Part shown: in pieces, positions 10,543 through 22,614 of the stretch | How positions within the stretch are numbered: position 1 is the stretch's first letter | Layout of the letters: the number at the start of each line of letters is the position of its first letter | Source: Rebecca billardiae RCC1528 | Lineage: Eukaryota; Protista; Haptophyta | Assembly (NCBI GenBank): GCA_965240325.2 | Contig: OZ251252.1 | Coordinates: 186,001-250,000 of the forward strand | Reading direction: 5' to 3' | Length of the DNA stretch: 64,000 nucleotides | The notes under the pieces: model-generated | The model's input: the letters and a program-made list of their open reading frames with translations, nothing else | The model's database searches: none | What the model was told of the DNA's origin: nothing | Program-made: the position numbers and the translations under genes

Positions 10543-13500
10543 GTTACATATACACCGCCATGCTGATCAGCATGGCTACCATAGTATTTCAGACTGTTTC
10601 AGACTGCTCTCGTAGCAACCGTACGGCGTGCATGTGACACCTAAGAATTTTTCCAACCCTTCTACTCTCGAAGGACGAGTCTTAAGGAGCCGTGGGCAAA
10701 GATTGAGCCTAGCCGAGTCGCGGCGCCAGCCCGCCGGCCGTGGTCAAGGCAAGCAGGAGTGGGGCACGCGGCGCCGGGCACATCCAGCAGCCTGCAGCTT
10801 GAACACGGCGGACAAGGTTCGTCGAGTGCTCATCTGTGGCGTTCAAGGCAGGCACTGCTACGCATCGAATGCCTTTTCGCGTGCTCCGACCTAACCGTTG
10901 CTCTACATTGCGACCAAGCTGTGTCCGAGCTGTCCTCAGCTGGACCGTCCTCTGCCTAACTGTGCGCAACGGCCGATTCGTCGCAGCGCCGAGCTGGCTC
11001 GCCGTGGTGTGCGCGCGCGTAGCGATGTGCACTCATCACCGCTTCCTGCGTGGCAGCAGGGCAAGATATGGCTCACTGGTAAGCTGGTACGCCTGCTGAC
11101 CGTGCACCGGCGTCGGTGGCGCCGCCAACGTGCTCGGGCAGGCTCACGAAGGGCTTAAATCACTGTTGAACGGATCAACTGTACTGTCCGCAGCGAGCAC
11201 GGCGCACAGCGGATGACCAAGCAGAGGCGGGGCGACTGCTGTGCGGCCGCGCGGGGGAGTAGCTAGGCTCTTGAGGTACGCGTAGAGCCATGACAGGGCT
11301 CAACAAGCGCATCAGCTGCAATCTACCCGGCTCGACGCGCAGCCCGACCTCGTGCAATCGTGTGGCTCGAGGCCCTCCAAGTGGCTCGTAGCTTCCAAAC
11401 ACCTGAGGAGCGTCGGCACTGAGAGTTGAGTCGAGGCCGGGGAGGTGACAGACGGCACACGCATCCGCTTTGACCGCTGTTTGACCATCAGATCCTTCCC
11501 CAAGTGCCCACGATCGTGTGAACAGCCCCAGCGTTCGGCCACACCGCACAGACTTCCGGGGACCTGACCGACGAGGCGGGCCTCCGCAGGGCCGCAGAAG
11601 TAGCTGGGCATTGCCAGGACACCATGCAGATGCTGTCCCAGTAACGTCCCGGAGTGTCCCAGTTCGTTCACGGGTGTCCCAAGCTCGCGTTGTGCACGCA
11701 TTACAATCCCCAAAGCTGTTCCCGTGTTTGAACGCGCGACTGTCGGCGAGAGATGGCAGACCGGGAAGATGACCCAGGTATGAACCGTTCGCATGGCTCG
11801 TTCCAGAAGGCTACGCAGCATGCCACGGGCGTGCGGCGCAGCGTGCCTCGCATGGCAGGCGGGCAAGCGCGGCGGACAACGCGCTGACGACGCGCACAGG
11901 TCCATCCCGGTCATCGTTTTCGCGATCGATCGGCTTCCCGGACCGGGAGTTCGGCGGCCTGGAAAAAGGGACTTCAGCGCGAGGAAAAGAGCACGGCTGC
12001 GGTCCGAAAAAGCCAGAGAGATTGTGTTTTCATTTTTTAATTGCTGTGGGCCCACCTAAGTCGCGGGCAGCGTCGATGATGGGCGCTTGGCGCGCGCACG
12101 GGGGTGAAAATCCCATTTTCTGGCCTGTCCGGGCGGAAAATCCGGCTGCTCAGATCTGACCGGACCGGGACCCGGACAGCACAGTATCTAGGGACCAGAC
12201 ACTTTTACATCTTCGTTCTCTTCGGATTTGAGCATGGGGCGGCGCCCCATTTGCACAGTCAAAAGACCGCGGGTGTAAAAGCAACCGTTGTCGAGTTCGA
12301 TGTAGCGGCTGGGCGAATTAGTGAATAAAAAAACAATTCACGCGAGACACTTGCGCCCACGGCCGCGATGGCGTGCGCCGTCCACCCACGACGGAGTCGT
12401 GGACGGACATCGCTACACAGCCTACGCGACAGGCGTTGTCGTGATCGAGGTGCCCGTGCCCCTTGTCGATAGCCAAACGATTGGCACGACGACCTGGCAC
12501 CACATCCGCGTCAAGCGCGGCGAGGCCGTGGTCCAGCGCGTGTGCGGCAAGCTGGCCGATGTGCGGACGGCGTCGGGTGGCGCAGGGGCTCCTGCCGATG
12601 CTACCTGGCGGCTGCTGCGGGGCCTGCTGCCGTGGTCGAACCTGAGGCAGAGGGTGAGTCAACCGCGAAGCAGCTCAACGCTTCCGAGATCGAGCTGCGC
12701 GCGGTCGGACCAGATGACGGCCCGCGGCCGTCCAAGCGCACACGCAAGGACGCCTGAGCACACGCGTTCAGTCCGAGCAAAGCCTGGTCGGCGTACGAGC
12801 GCGAGCCAGCTCAGACACGGCACGAGCGCACGCGTGACGGCTCGTACGATGAGCTCGTCGGCTTGGTCATCGGGCTGCTGTCGCTCGTCGCCTCGCTTGT
12901 CACGTCACACTCAGCTGAGCAGAGACATCACTCCCGCCGTTCAGCTGATCGACGAGGACGAGGCGGCCAAGGCGGCGGCGGCTCAAAGGCCTGGAGGAGG
13001 AGCGCAGGAGGAGGAGGAGCTCCCAGCGCTGAGCCTGTGGGGCCGCGCCGAGGCCAGGCACCGCGGCCAGCGGCTGCAGTAGCGGGTGGCTGCCGGACAG
13101 CAGCTTGGCGGCACACGCTCACTCTTACGTCGATCCTCTTGCTCGAGAGTCAAGGCGGCTGGCAAGGTGCAGGCCGCACGCAAGCTTGCTGAGCGTGCGC
13201 AGGCCGAGCCGCAGCTGAGCCCTGAGGGTGCTCGGGACGCCGCGTGCGCAAGCAGGCCGCCTCGCAGCAGATGATGCTTCGCATACTGTAGTGAACTACG
13301 CTGATACTACGACCCGAAAAAATTTCTTCGCACTACGTGCGCGCTTTATTCCCTTTATTGTTTTATTCCTTATACATCGCGTATTAAATACCGCTTTTCC
13401 GCCTCCCCAGTGCAGAATAAGTGCGCCAGAAAATGGGAATTCCACCCACGGCGTGGGGCGCTGCGGCCGACGAGCTGCCGTGCGAAGCCGGTGCGTTGCT

Positions 13501-14394
13501 TGCGTTTCATTGGAACGCTACCATACTCCGCACGTTGCACCTCGCAGCCTTGCTCCTCGCCTCGCCTTTGCCGCGCCTACGATCCACTGCGAGCGAGCGT
13601 CGCCTTAGAAGTGAGCAGCCCTTGCCAGCCATGAGCGCCCGCCTGGCGCACGATGCGATCAACTCTGAGCACGCGCGGCGGCTGGGCGTGGAAGCATGTC
13701 CTTGTTGCAAGCCGTGCCGCCTTGAGCCACCGATCGTACGCTTTGATGTAGTTTTAGACGGGTGTTGACGCCAGTGCCGATCAGCCTGCACCAGCCATGC
13801 ATGCGCAGGAGCGTGAGCGCCCCAGGTGAAGCGATGAATCGGCGTATTCGGGTTGTGCATGGGTGCAGCGACGAGTTCAGCACGTCTGTACGCAAAACTT
13901 GCGCACGTGGCGGTTGCTATGGCATGCCTGAGTAGTTGCCCTGACGAGGGCAAGATGACAAGTCAGCGTGCAAGGTGCATGCCATGCTCATGATCGGGTT
14001 ATCAAGGAGGCGTGGCTGGCGATAAGGTGCATTCATCCTCGCTCAGCCGGAGCGCGTGCCCCGAGTTGATCGCATCCCGCGCCGGGCGGGCGCTCGCGGC
14101 TGACTGAGGCCGACGCGCGCGCTCGGGTCATTTTGAGGCGACGCTCGTCATGCGCGCTGATCGTAGGCCCGGCAAAGTCGACGGGGAGCAAGCTGCAGGG
14201 CGCAGTGCGGGGCATGGCAGCGTTCCGATGCCACGTGCTGCGCGGATGCCCGCAGTCTCGGCATTTGTCGTCGGCGAACTCGTCGGTCCGGACGGTTCCG
14301 GACTGCGTGCATCGTGTCGGTGCGTGCGAATCATTATTCTGTGCCCGACGGCCGAGGACCCGAGCGCACGTGATCGCGCCCAGCGCCGGGGGAC

Positions 14395-15096
14395 ATGTGG
14401 GCGTGCTTCTACACGGCGCTGTTCGTGGCTGTGCCCACTTTGAGCTTGTGGGCTGCGCACCATGTGAAACACCAGGCAGCCTTCTTCAACTGGCCGTACC
14501 TCCTGCTCTCGCTCTTCTGCATGATCAACACGATGATCTCTGTGTGGGAGATCTCGCTGTTTGTGAACATCCAGTGGATTGCGGAGAACTTCCAGCGCCT
14601 CAAGAAGAAGCACGAGAAGGGGACGCTCCCACCGGTGTTCATGTTCCAGCACGTGCCTGTCGCGGAGGCCTTGAGCATGAAGTACTGGGCCAACGTGTGG
14701 CTGCTCTACGCGTTTTACGACTCGAGCTACGCGGACGACAAGAGCTGGGGCTTCTGGGTCGACACGGGCAACGGCCTCGTCACGCTGCTGCCTGCCGTCC
14801 TCTTCGCCCTGGGCATGACATTCGACATCATGCCCGCCCGACATCTCGGGCTGCTGGGCTTTGTGACGTTCTATCAGATGCTGGTCGGCACGTGCGTGTA
14901 CTTTTGGCAGTTCTTCCACCACAAGAGGCTGTCGGAGCACGGCTGGCGCAACCGCGGCTTCCGCAACGCGATGATCCTCGTGACCGTCTCGAACGGCATC
15001 TGGCTTGTCACGCCTGCGCTCGGCATGTACACTGCGTACCGTCTCGTCATCGAGGGACAGCCGGTGCTCGATCAGCTGCGCAGCCTGAGCGGGTAG
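14395..15096 (+). CDS. EXPERA/EBP-TMEM97-like multi-pass membrane protein (sterol isomerase superfamily)
   Basis: Intronless 233-aa hydrophobic ORF. WLLYAFYDSSY..GFWVDTGNG and terminal NGIWLVTP motifs resemble EBP/EXPERA. Confidence 0.7.
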   Translation: MWACFYTALFVAVPTLSLWAAHHVKHQAAFFNWPYLLLSLFCMINTMISVWEISLFVNIQWIAENFQRLKKKHEKGTLPPVFMFQHVPVAEALSMKYWANVWLLYAFYDSSYADDKSWGFWVDTGNGLVTLLPAVLFALGMTFDIMPARHLGLLGFVTFYQMLVGTCVYFWQFFHHKRLSEHGWRNRGFRNAMILVTVSNGIWLVTPALGMYTAYRLVIEGQPVLDQLRSLSG

Positions 15097-15410
15097 GCGG
15101 CACCGGGCGCGGGCCGGCGGGCGCGCAGCACGCGGCCGGTCGCCAGTAGCAACGCGCCTGTGCTGAGCGCAGCTCGGCTGATCCCGGCTCCAGCAAGTTT
15201 GCGAGTCCGGGCCGGCATGACGAAGCAGCTACTGTCACGCGAGCGCAGTTGACGCCGCCGTTACTCGAATCCGGGCCAGCCCGATCCGCGTTCAGCGCGT
15301 CAGTGCGCTGCTCACTGCCACTGGTCACTGGAGTGCTCTGACAGTCTCGGCTGTCTCCGACTCCGTCACGCGATTTGCGGCGGTCGCGTTCGAGGAGATG
15401 CGCAACCATA

Positions 15411-15524
<114 letters not shown>

Positions 15525-15529
15525 CCGAC

Positions 15530-16167
15530 GTCAGTTGTATTGCCGCTTATTTGGATAGTCGTAGTGGTCAGTTGTATTGCCAATAAAAGCGCGCGCACGT
15601 TATATTGTCGTCAGAGTATATTCTGGCACTGCTGATGCTGCGCTATACGTGAGCTGATTGTACACGCTCATCTACCCGCACGGACAAGCTTACAGCCATT
15701 GAGGGCGCGCTGCAGAACGGTCCGGACAACCAGAGTCCGAAGCTCAGTGGAGTCTCGGAAGGTTGGCCCCGGAGTGATCGGTTTCAGCGCGCGCCCGTTG
15801 GTTGCGACGCATTGACATGTGAACGGCCGCCGGCGCTCACGGATGGAGCGTCGTCGTCTCAGCGGGGTCGATCCAGGCGGACTGCAGCCCACACGTGCTG
15901 TATCGAGTGCAATCGTATCTGTCCTGCTCTAACAGTTATGACTACCGTGGTCAGTTGTATTGCCGTTTTCAGTAGTATGGGTCAAGAATATTGCGCCGCT
16001 TTTGGATAGTGTGTCAACAATATTGCCCCTCATCAAATACTGGTTTCAAACCAATGACCCTTTCACACTACTTGGTTCACGAATATTGCCGTTTTCGACG
16101 AGCTTGAACATAGTCTGCTCAGAAATATTGCCGCCTTTCCATATAACTATGTGTCAGTTGTATTGCC
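15530..16167. repeat. Cluster of short dispersed direct repeats GTCAGTTGTATTGCC (x4) and AATATTGC(C) (x4) in an AT-richer block
   Basis: The 15-mer occurs at 15530, 15567, 15950 and 16153. Confidence 0.7.
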
Positions 16168-17276
16168 GCCAGCAGCTGGTGGCTGGGGCACGACTCGCAT
16201 TCTCAGACAAGAGACTCGCGCAGCCCGTGTGCGCGTGCGTGCCGAGCTGCGACTGCCTGCACGCGGCATGCAGGATACGCGACTGCAACCAACCAACATG
16301 CCATCATCATGCGGCCTGCGTAGCTCATCTTGACTTCCAGTAGCAGTCGGCGCTTCCCGTCGACGTCGCGCTTGCCGCCCGCCTGCGGCCGGCCGCCAGC
16401 GCCATCGGGACTGCTGCTACTTCAGCGGCCACGTGAGCCGCATCGCGTCCCATGCCACTGCACGCGCCGCCTCAAGCTGCGACCGCGCTCGCCAAGCCTG
16501 CCACTCGGGTTCCAGCAGCAGCAGGAAGCGTCGCCTGCCCCCTCCTGCTTGCTGGCTCGTCGAGGCGCGCGCGGCGCACCGCTCGCCGGTCGGTGCGTTG
16601 TGTCCCAGCTGGCAGTACGCCCTGGACTTCCTCCTCCACGGGCCAATCAGCCTGCGTTGACGAGTGCGACTGGCGCACGGTCAGCCACCTGCACACGGTT
16701 GGCCACCGGGCAGTCTGCTATTGGAGTGATGACAATCGCAAAAAGGCTAACGCGCCAGCAGTGTTGCACGAGCGAGAGCGACGCGCGTTGGTTGACCGCC
16801 ACGGTGTGAATGACAGTCGATGGCAGGGAGTGAGGGGGACGCGCGTCGCGTTGGTCAAGCGTACCGGCTTGGTCGTCGATTCCCCACGTGTTGGCGGGTT
16901 GTCCGATGGAAGCTTCGTTGTTCGGCGGCTAGAATGCTAGATGCCAGAAACATCCGATTTTATGCTCTGAAACCCCAAATCTGCTCACAAAAATGGCGGG
17001 CTCACGGCGGACGGAGCGGCGGAGTTGGCGGGCGCTACTGGGCTTTCTGAAGCGCCTATGCGTGGGGCATCTAGCGCGCACTGGCCGGACCATGTGGCCG
17101 CAGTCATCCCCTCGCCTACCATGCACGCATTAGTGCGTGCCGAATTTGCACAATGCATTTCAATGGGGGTCTTTGTATAATGGGCGGGGTCAGCAGTAAT
17201 CAATGACGCCGTACTACCGCTAGTTACTAGTTAGTCACCGCCGGATGGCCACCGGCCCAGCGGCTGAGACGGCCGT

Positions 17277-17361
17277 CTGACATCCGGACCTGCACTCCCT
17301 CGCCCTCGCTCGGGGCACAGCAGGTCCATGCGAGCCGCGCAGCGCAGGTGCGGATCGCGCT
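17277..17361 (+). repeat. ~85-bp dispersed repeat; second copy at 44676-44756
   Basis: CTGACATCCGGACCTGCAC...GCTCGGGGCACAGCAGGTCCATGCGAGCCGCGCAGCGCAGGTG is shared by both copies. Confidence 0.85.
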
Positions 17362-19528
17362 CCAGCCTCCAGTAGCCTGGTCCATCCCGATTTTCGCCAG
17401 TGAAAAAGCCTTTTCGGATTTTGGGCGCCTGATTCTCCCGATTTTTCTCGTCGCTCGTCGCGCTCGTCAAAAATCGCCACCGGCCGTCCGACGGCTCGCC
17501 GCGACGAAGGTCGAAGGGGCTCGAGAGCCTCGACTGGACGACTGCGCCGCCTCATGTCAGGTGTAGTGCTGGACACATCGTTCGGGTGCCCCGGTGGTGT
17601 GCGTGCACACCTTGAGCGACATGTCTGCGTTGCTTCCGCCGCCCGCGGTCCGTCGCCAGGTCAACTTCTCGCCTGACGGCGCGCGTCGAACGCTCAGCTG
17701 CTGGGTTGCGCCGCGCCTTCGAGACGGGCCAGTTTGGGCCAGATGCGGGCCACGTGACCGCTCGTGTCGGCCTAAGCCTACCCCTAGCATGTACTCGATG
17801 CCACCACCAGCGTTGGGCGCGCTGCGCATCGCCAGCGCTTCATCCGGCCAGTCCCGTCACGTTTGCGCATGGGTCGTCCTGAGCGGCGGCTGTCGATTTG
17901 TGCTCCTCGTGGAGCTGTATGACGGGCTGGTGGCGAGCAGGATGGCTCGCCTTGCGGGGCTGGGTGTGTACAGTCGCAGTGTAGTGGCTGCCGGCTGACT
18001 CCCATCGCCTGGGTGCTGCTTTACCGTCATGGCCTTTGCTGCGAGCACAAGGTCGAGGATCATACCGCGGTCTGCGAGGCAGAGTCGACGGAGTCGTCGC
18101 TTGAAGATGGTTGAGAGCGCTCATACGTCTTCCTTGGTGTCGTGCGGCTACTCCAGCACGCAAGGCTCGCGCTCTGGCACGTGTTTGGTGTCCATGGGTG
18201 GCACATTGTGCCATTCGGGTGGCTCGGAAGCACGTGCTCGGGTGTCTTTCCCGTTTACGCGCGGTGGGCCAAGTCACCACGCACGGCCAGAGCATGCCAT
18301 GGCACGCAGAGGGTGCCCATGAACGATCCCCACCCCGGTGGTGGCCGTAGGCGCACTCGAAGCGGTCGCATCGTCACCCGCGGATCACATCAGTCCGCCG
18401 TTGAGGCTGTCGGGCGAGCAAAGACGTGCGATCTGACCCTTGGACGGGCAGCTAGAATCGCGATTATGCCTCATCTAAGGACGCACATGTCGTCGTTGTA
18501 GGCAGTACTGATGCCCCAAGTGAAAGGGCGGGCGTGGCACGCGACTTGACAGCTTGAATGACTCGATGCACGCCGCCATGGACACGCGATCCGGATCCAT
18601 TGCGAACCTGCCGTGTGGCTCACGGCGGCGCGCGTTGTGCCGCAGATCGGCCAGTTGCCACGCAGGAGATGGTCTCCAGACCAGGTCCAGCACCTGACCG
18701 ACTGCCGCACGCCTGGCCGGGTGGGAGTCCGGCCCTCTTCTTGTCTGCAGGAGTGCGCGGAAGGCCAGGCGGAGCCTCGTCCGACCACTGCACCCCCGAG
18801 CGCCGCACTAATCGTGCAGCCTGGGACAGCTACCCACCTATGGCGAATATGTAACGACATAGTGGCATTTTAATTATACAGGTCCAGAAATCATACTTAT
18901 GCGGGTACATTGCCCATAATATGCGGGTATAAATGGGTAATATAGTCGATCTTGCAGTAGTTGAGTACGGCCACTTGCGCACAGACCACAGCCCATCCTA
19001 ATGGCCTGTACCAGGGTTCATGCTCGCCTCGACGTACGCCAATAAGTAAGTTCGTGCGTTTGGGCTCATTTCGGCTAAGTACTTACCCACATTCGGACTG
19101 ACGACTCTCTATGTGTCCGTAGTTGTCCGCGGCGCGCGCGCACACGCTCACGACGGGCCACGGATGATGCGATTTTTAGGCCGCCGAATAAACTTTCGCT
19201 GCGCCCGGGCTGGGCCCATTTGTTACGCTGTTTCCGGCGGGTGTGAGCGCGTGCCTAGGGGCCCGCGTTCATTTGGCGATAAAATCCCCGAAAGTGCTCC
19301 AGTCGTGCGTTTGGACCAGGCTACCTCCAGCAGCTCAACTGGGCGCGGCTCCGAAGCCATTCGATCGGCTGACTTCGGGCAGGAATCAGGCTCATGCTCC
19401 GGACGCGCGGCCGCCGGGGCGGCCAGTGGCAGTGCCCGAAGGTGATCAGTCCGAGGCAGGCGAGCAGCTGCACTGCCCACTCCGCCTCCGGCACTCGCCG
19501 GCCATACGCGGAACGTAGTGCGCTGCGC

Positions 19529-20581
19529 TCAGGCCCTCACCCGTCTGGCCATCACCACTGGTCGTACATGCGATGGCGTCTCCGAGATAGGCGAGGCACT
19601 GGCTGTGACCAGCGGCGCGGGCAGCTGCGATGGTCGCGGCCGCCACGCTGCCAGACTACTGTCCGAGGGTGTGGGTGTGCTCCTGGCGCGCTTCCGCTGT
19701 CGTTTGGCGGCGCTCACTTCTTTGGTGCTCATCACGTCTTGTTCCAGCCCGCGCTTGTGCGCACCACTCCGAAGGCGCTTCATGCCCGCCAGCTTGTGCG
19801 CTTCGCATCGGCTGGCGCGCGCATTGCCCGGCGTGCCGAATGAAGGCACCGTGGTGCAGCCGATGTGGTCACACTTGGAGTTCTTCAGGTCGACCATGCC
19901 GGCCAGCTTGTGCGCAGCGCACCGGCTGGCGCGCGCGTCGCCCGGCATGCCCAATGACGGCCGCGTGGTGCAGCCCTCGTGATCACACTTGGGGCTCTTC
20001 ACGTCGACCATGCCGGCCAGCTTGTGCGCAGCGCACCGGCTGGCACACGCGTCGCCCGCCATGCCGAACGAAGGCCGCGTGGTGCAGCCGGTGTGATCGC
20101 ACTTGCGGGTCATCACGTCGACCATGCCGGCCAGCTTGTGCACAGCGCACCGGCAGGCGCGCGCGTCGCCCGGCATGCCGAATGAAGGCCGCGTGGTGCA
20201 GCCGGTGTGATCACACTTGAGGTTCTTCAGGTCGACCATGCCGGCCAGCTTGTGCGTAGCGCACCGGCTGGCGCGCGCGTCACCCGGCGTGCCGAAGTAA
20301 GGCCGCGTGGTGCAGCCGGTGTGATCACACTTGGGGTGCTTCAGGTCGACCATGCCGGTCAGCTTGTGCGCAGCGCACCGGCTGGCGCGCGCGTCGCCCG
20401 GCATGCCGAATGAAGGCACCGTGGTGCAGCCGGTGTGATCACACTTGGGGTGCTTCAGGTCGACCATGCCGGCCAGCTTGTGCGCAGCGCACCGGCTGGC
20501 GCGCGCGTCGCCCGGCATGCCGAAGTGAGGCCTCGTGGTGCAGCCGGTGCGATCACACTTGCGGCTCTTGAGGTCGACCAT
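19529..20581 (-). CDS. EsV-1-7-type cysteine-rich repeat protein (7 x 38-aa / 114-bp repeats)
   Basis: Repeat KCDHTGCTTRPSFGMPGDARASRCAAHKLAGMVDLKxP with 114-bp periodicity (19889, 20003 ... 20573). Basic NLS-like tail. The 5' end starts within a truncated repeat. Confidence 0.85.
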   Translation of the reverse strand: MVDLKSRKCDRTGCTTRPHFGMPGDARASRCAAHKLAGMVDLKHPKCDHTGCTTVPSFGMPGDARASRCAAHKLTGMVDLKHPKCDHTGCTTRPYFGTPGDARASRCATHKLAGMVDLKNLKCDHTGCTTRPSFGMPGDARACRCAVHKLAGMVDVMTRKCDHTGCTTRPSFGMAGDACASRCAAHKLAGMVDVKSPKCDHEGCTTRPSLGMPGDARASRCAAHKLAGMVDLKNSKCDHIGCTTVPSFGTPGNARASRCEAHKLAGMKRLRSGAHKRGLEQDVMSTKEVSAAKRQRKRARSTPTPSDSSLAAWRPRPSQLPAPLVTASASPISETPSHVRPVVMARRVRA

Positions 20582-20604
20582 GCCGGCCAGCTTGGCGCAG
20601 CGCC

Positions 20605-22068
20605 TTGGTACCGTCCTTGGCCTTGGCCGGCAAGGAGACCGTGACCGTGAGGACGGACCGCGAGGCTCCTCTTGATCAGGGCCGCGCCGGCCGCCGGCCC
20701 GCCTTCCGCCGCAGGCTTCCGCGGAGCTTCCGCGGGGTTATTTGTAGACCCCTTGTTCCGCGCACACTCTACGACGTCGGCCTGCTGCTTTCATGGCCGA
20801 CGTCGGCCGAGCAGGCGGCCGAGCAGGGCCTCGCTGAGGCGCAGTACAACGCGGGCCTGCAGTACACGACGGGCGAGGGCGTGGCGCAGGATTGGGGCGA
20901 GGCGGCGCGCTGGTGGCGGCTGGCCGCCGAGCAGGGCTCTGCCGCGGCGCAGGTCATTCTGGGTACACTGCACCTGGCAGACCAGGCCGTGCCGCGGGAC
21001 GAGGCCGAGGCGGCCCGCTGGTTCAAGCTGGCGGCCGATCAGGGCGTTGCTGAGGCGCAGTACTACCTGGGCGCGCAGCACGGAGAAGGCCACGGCGTGC
21101 CACAGGACTGGGCAGAGATGGTACGCCTGTTCCGGCTGGCGGTCGCGCAGGGCCATGCTCCGGCGCAGTGGAGCCTAGGCCAGTGCTACGCGCAAGGCCA
21201 GGGTGTGCCGCAGGATCTGGCTGAAGCGGTACGCTTGTACCGGCTGGCGGTCGAGCAGGGCTGTGCTATGGCGCAGTGCAGTCTGGGCCAGTGCTACGCG
21301 CAAGGCCAGGGCGTGCCGCAGGATATGGCCGAGGCAGTGCGCTTGTCCCAGCTGGCGGCTGAGCAGGGCGTTGCTCAAGCGCAGCACAACCTGGGCGGGT
21401 GCTACATGCATGGCACTGGTGTGCGGCAGGATACGGGCGAGGCAGTGCGCCTGTACCGGCTGGCGGCCGAGCAGGGCTTTGCTGAAGCGCAGTGCATCAT
21501 GGGCTGGTTCCACGAGCAAGGCACTGGCATGCGGCAGGATATGGAGCGGGCGGTGCGCTTGTACCGGCTGGCGGCCGGGCAGGGCCATGGTCGCGCGCGG
21601 TACAATCTGGGCAGGTGCTACGAGAAAGGCATAGGTGTGCAGCCGCAGTCGGCCGAGGCAAGGCGCTGGTACCGCCTGGCTGCCGAGAGCGGGAGCGCAC
21701 CTGCGCACATGACGCTCGGGTCGATGACGCTGATGGAGGAGCGCGACGTGGAGGAGGGCGCGCGGCTGCTGCGCCGTGCCAAAGAGCTCGACCCCAGCCT
21801 CGGAGGTGTGGTGTGCGATATGCTGGCTGCGACAGCTGGAGTGCCAGAGGTGGCGTCCCAGTGCTGCATCGCCTGCGGACGGACAGGCCGCGGTCTGAAG
21901 AAGTGCGAGCGGTGCCACGTGGCGGTCTTCTGCTCGCGTGAGCACCTGCGCAGCTCGTGGAAGCTGCACAAGCCCTACTGCAACAGGTGGTGCGCGCGCG
22001 CACCGGCACAGGCAGCCTCGTCATCGACATCAACCGCAGCGGCGGCTTCGTCATCATCGGCATGCTGA
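20605..22068 (+). CDS. Sel1-like repeat protein with C-terminal MYND-type zinc finger (start uncertain)
   Basis: About 8 repeats of AEQGxAxAQxxLGxxYxxGxGVxQDxxEAVRLYRLA. CIACG..LKKCERCHVAVFCSREHLRSSWKLHKPYC. No in-frame ATG before the first repeat. Confidence 0.88.
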   Translation: MVPSLALAGKETVTVRTDREAPLDQGRAGRRPAFRRRLPRSFRGVICRPLVPRTLYDVGLLLSWPTSAEQAAEQGLAEAQYNAGLQYTTGEGVAQDWGEAARWWRLAAEQGSAAAQVILGTLHLADQAVPRDEAEAARWFKLAADQGVAEAQYYLGAQHGEGHGVPQDWAEMVRLFRLAVAQGHAPAQWSLGQCYAQGQGVPQDLAEAVRLYRLAVEQGCAMAQCSLGQCYAQGQGVPQDMAEAVRLSQLAAEQGVAQAQHNLGGCYMHGTGVRQDTGEAVRLYRLAAEQGFAEAQCIMGWFHEQGTGMRQDMERAVRLYRLAAGQGHGRARYNLGRCYEKGIGVQPQSAEARRWYRLAAESGSAPAHMTLGSMTLMEERDVEEGARLLRRAKELDPSLGGVVCDMLAATAGVPEVASQCCIACGRTGRGLKKCERCHVAVFCSREHLRSSWKLHKPYCNRWCARAPAQAASSSTSTAAAASSSSAC

Positions 22069-22614
22069 TGATGGCGATGAGTCGTAGTAGCTAGTAGTTC
22101 ATCACCCGCGGCTGCTAGTGATGCTAGGACGACGACTATATATATATACAGCAGCAGGCTGCGGTAGCGCAGCAGTCGTGTCTCGTGCTGCTAGTCGAAG
22201 ACTACCTGTGTCCTGTCGTGATGTCGTCACGACACTCGACAGTGTCGGCGGCCTGTGTCGACCTGCGCGCTATATATATCGCTACTGCTGCTACTGCTGC
22301 TGCTGACTGCGCGACTACGATTCATCATTGGATGCTGCGCCTAGGTTCGGATGATGCGCGGCCGGCCGGCTGACTCGCTGCCCCGGCTTGCGCCGCCCGC
22401 ACCGTCCGATCCGGACTCGACTCGCCGCGGGCCGCCACCGGCGCACGGGCCCGGCCCGCCCGTGACGCGGCCCGGTGCGCTGCGTGCGGCGGCGCGCACG
22501 CCCTGCCGCGTGCCGCCGGGCCCCGCCCGCCACCCCGCCACGTTTCGTCACCGCGCGTACGTGAGTAACAGCTGATCGTCGTCGTGCGTACTCTTTTCGT
22601 CTCTCTGTCGACTG

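Noticed and set aside
9305-10615. Short ORFs inside the palindromic element
   Set aside because: They start at non-ATG codons, are disrupted differently in the two copies and show no motif.
12321-13082. 253-aa ORF in the 10.6-14.3 kb intergenic block
   Set aside because: GTG start and no recognisable domain. It may be a decayed gene or TE, but this cannot be supported.
18040-18560. Possible reverse-transcriptase remnant on the minus strand (AYNDD, RGMILD)
   Set aside because: The motifs are short, in different frames and lack supporting context.
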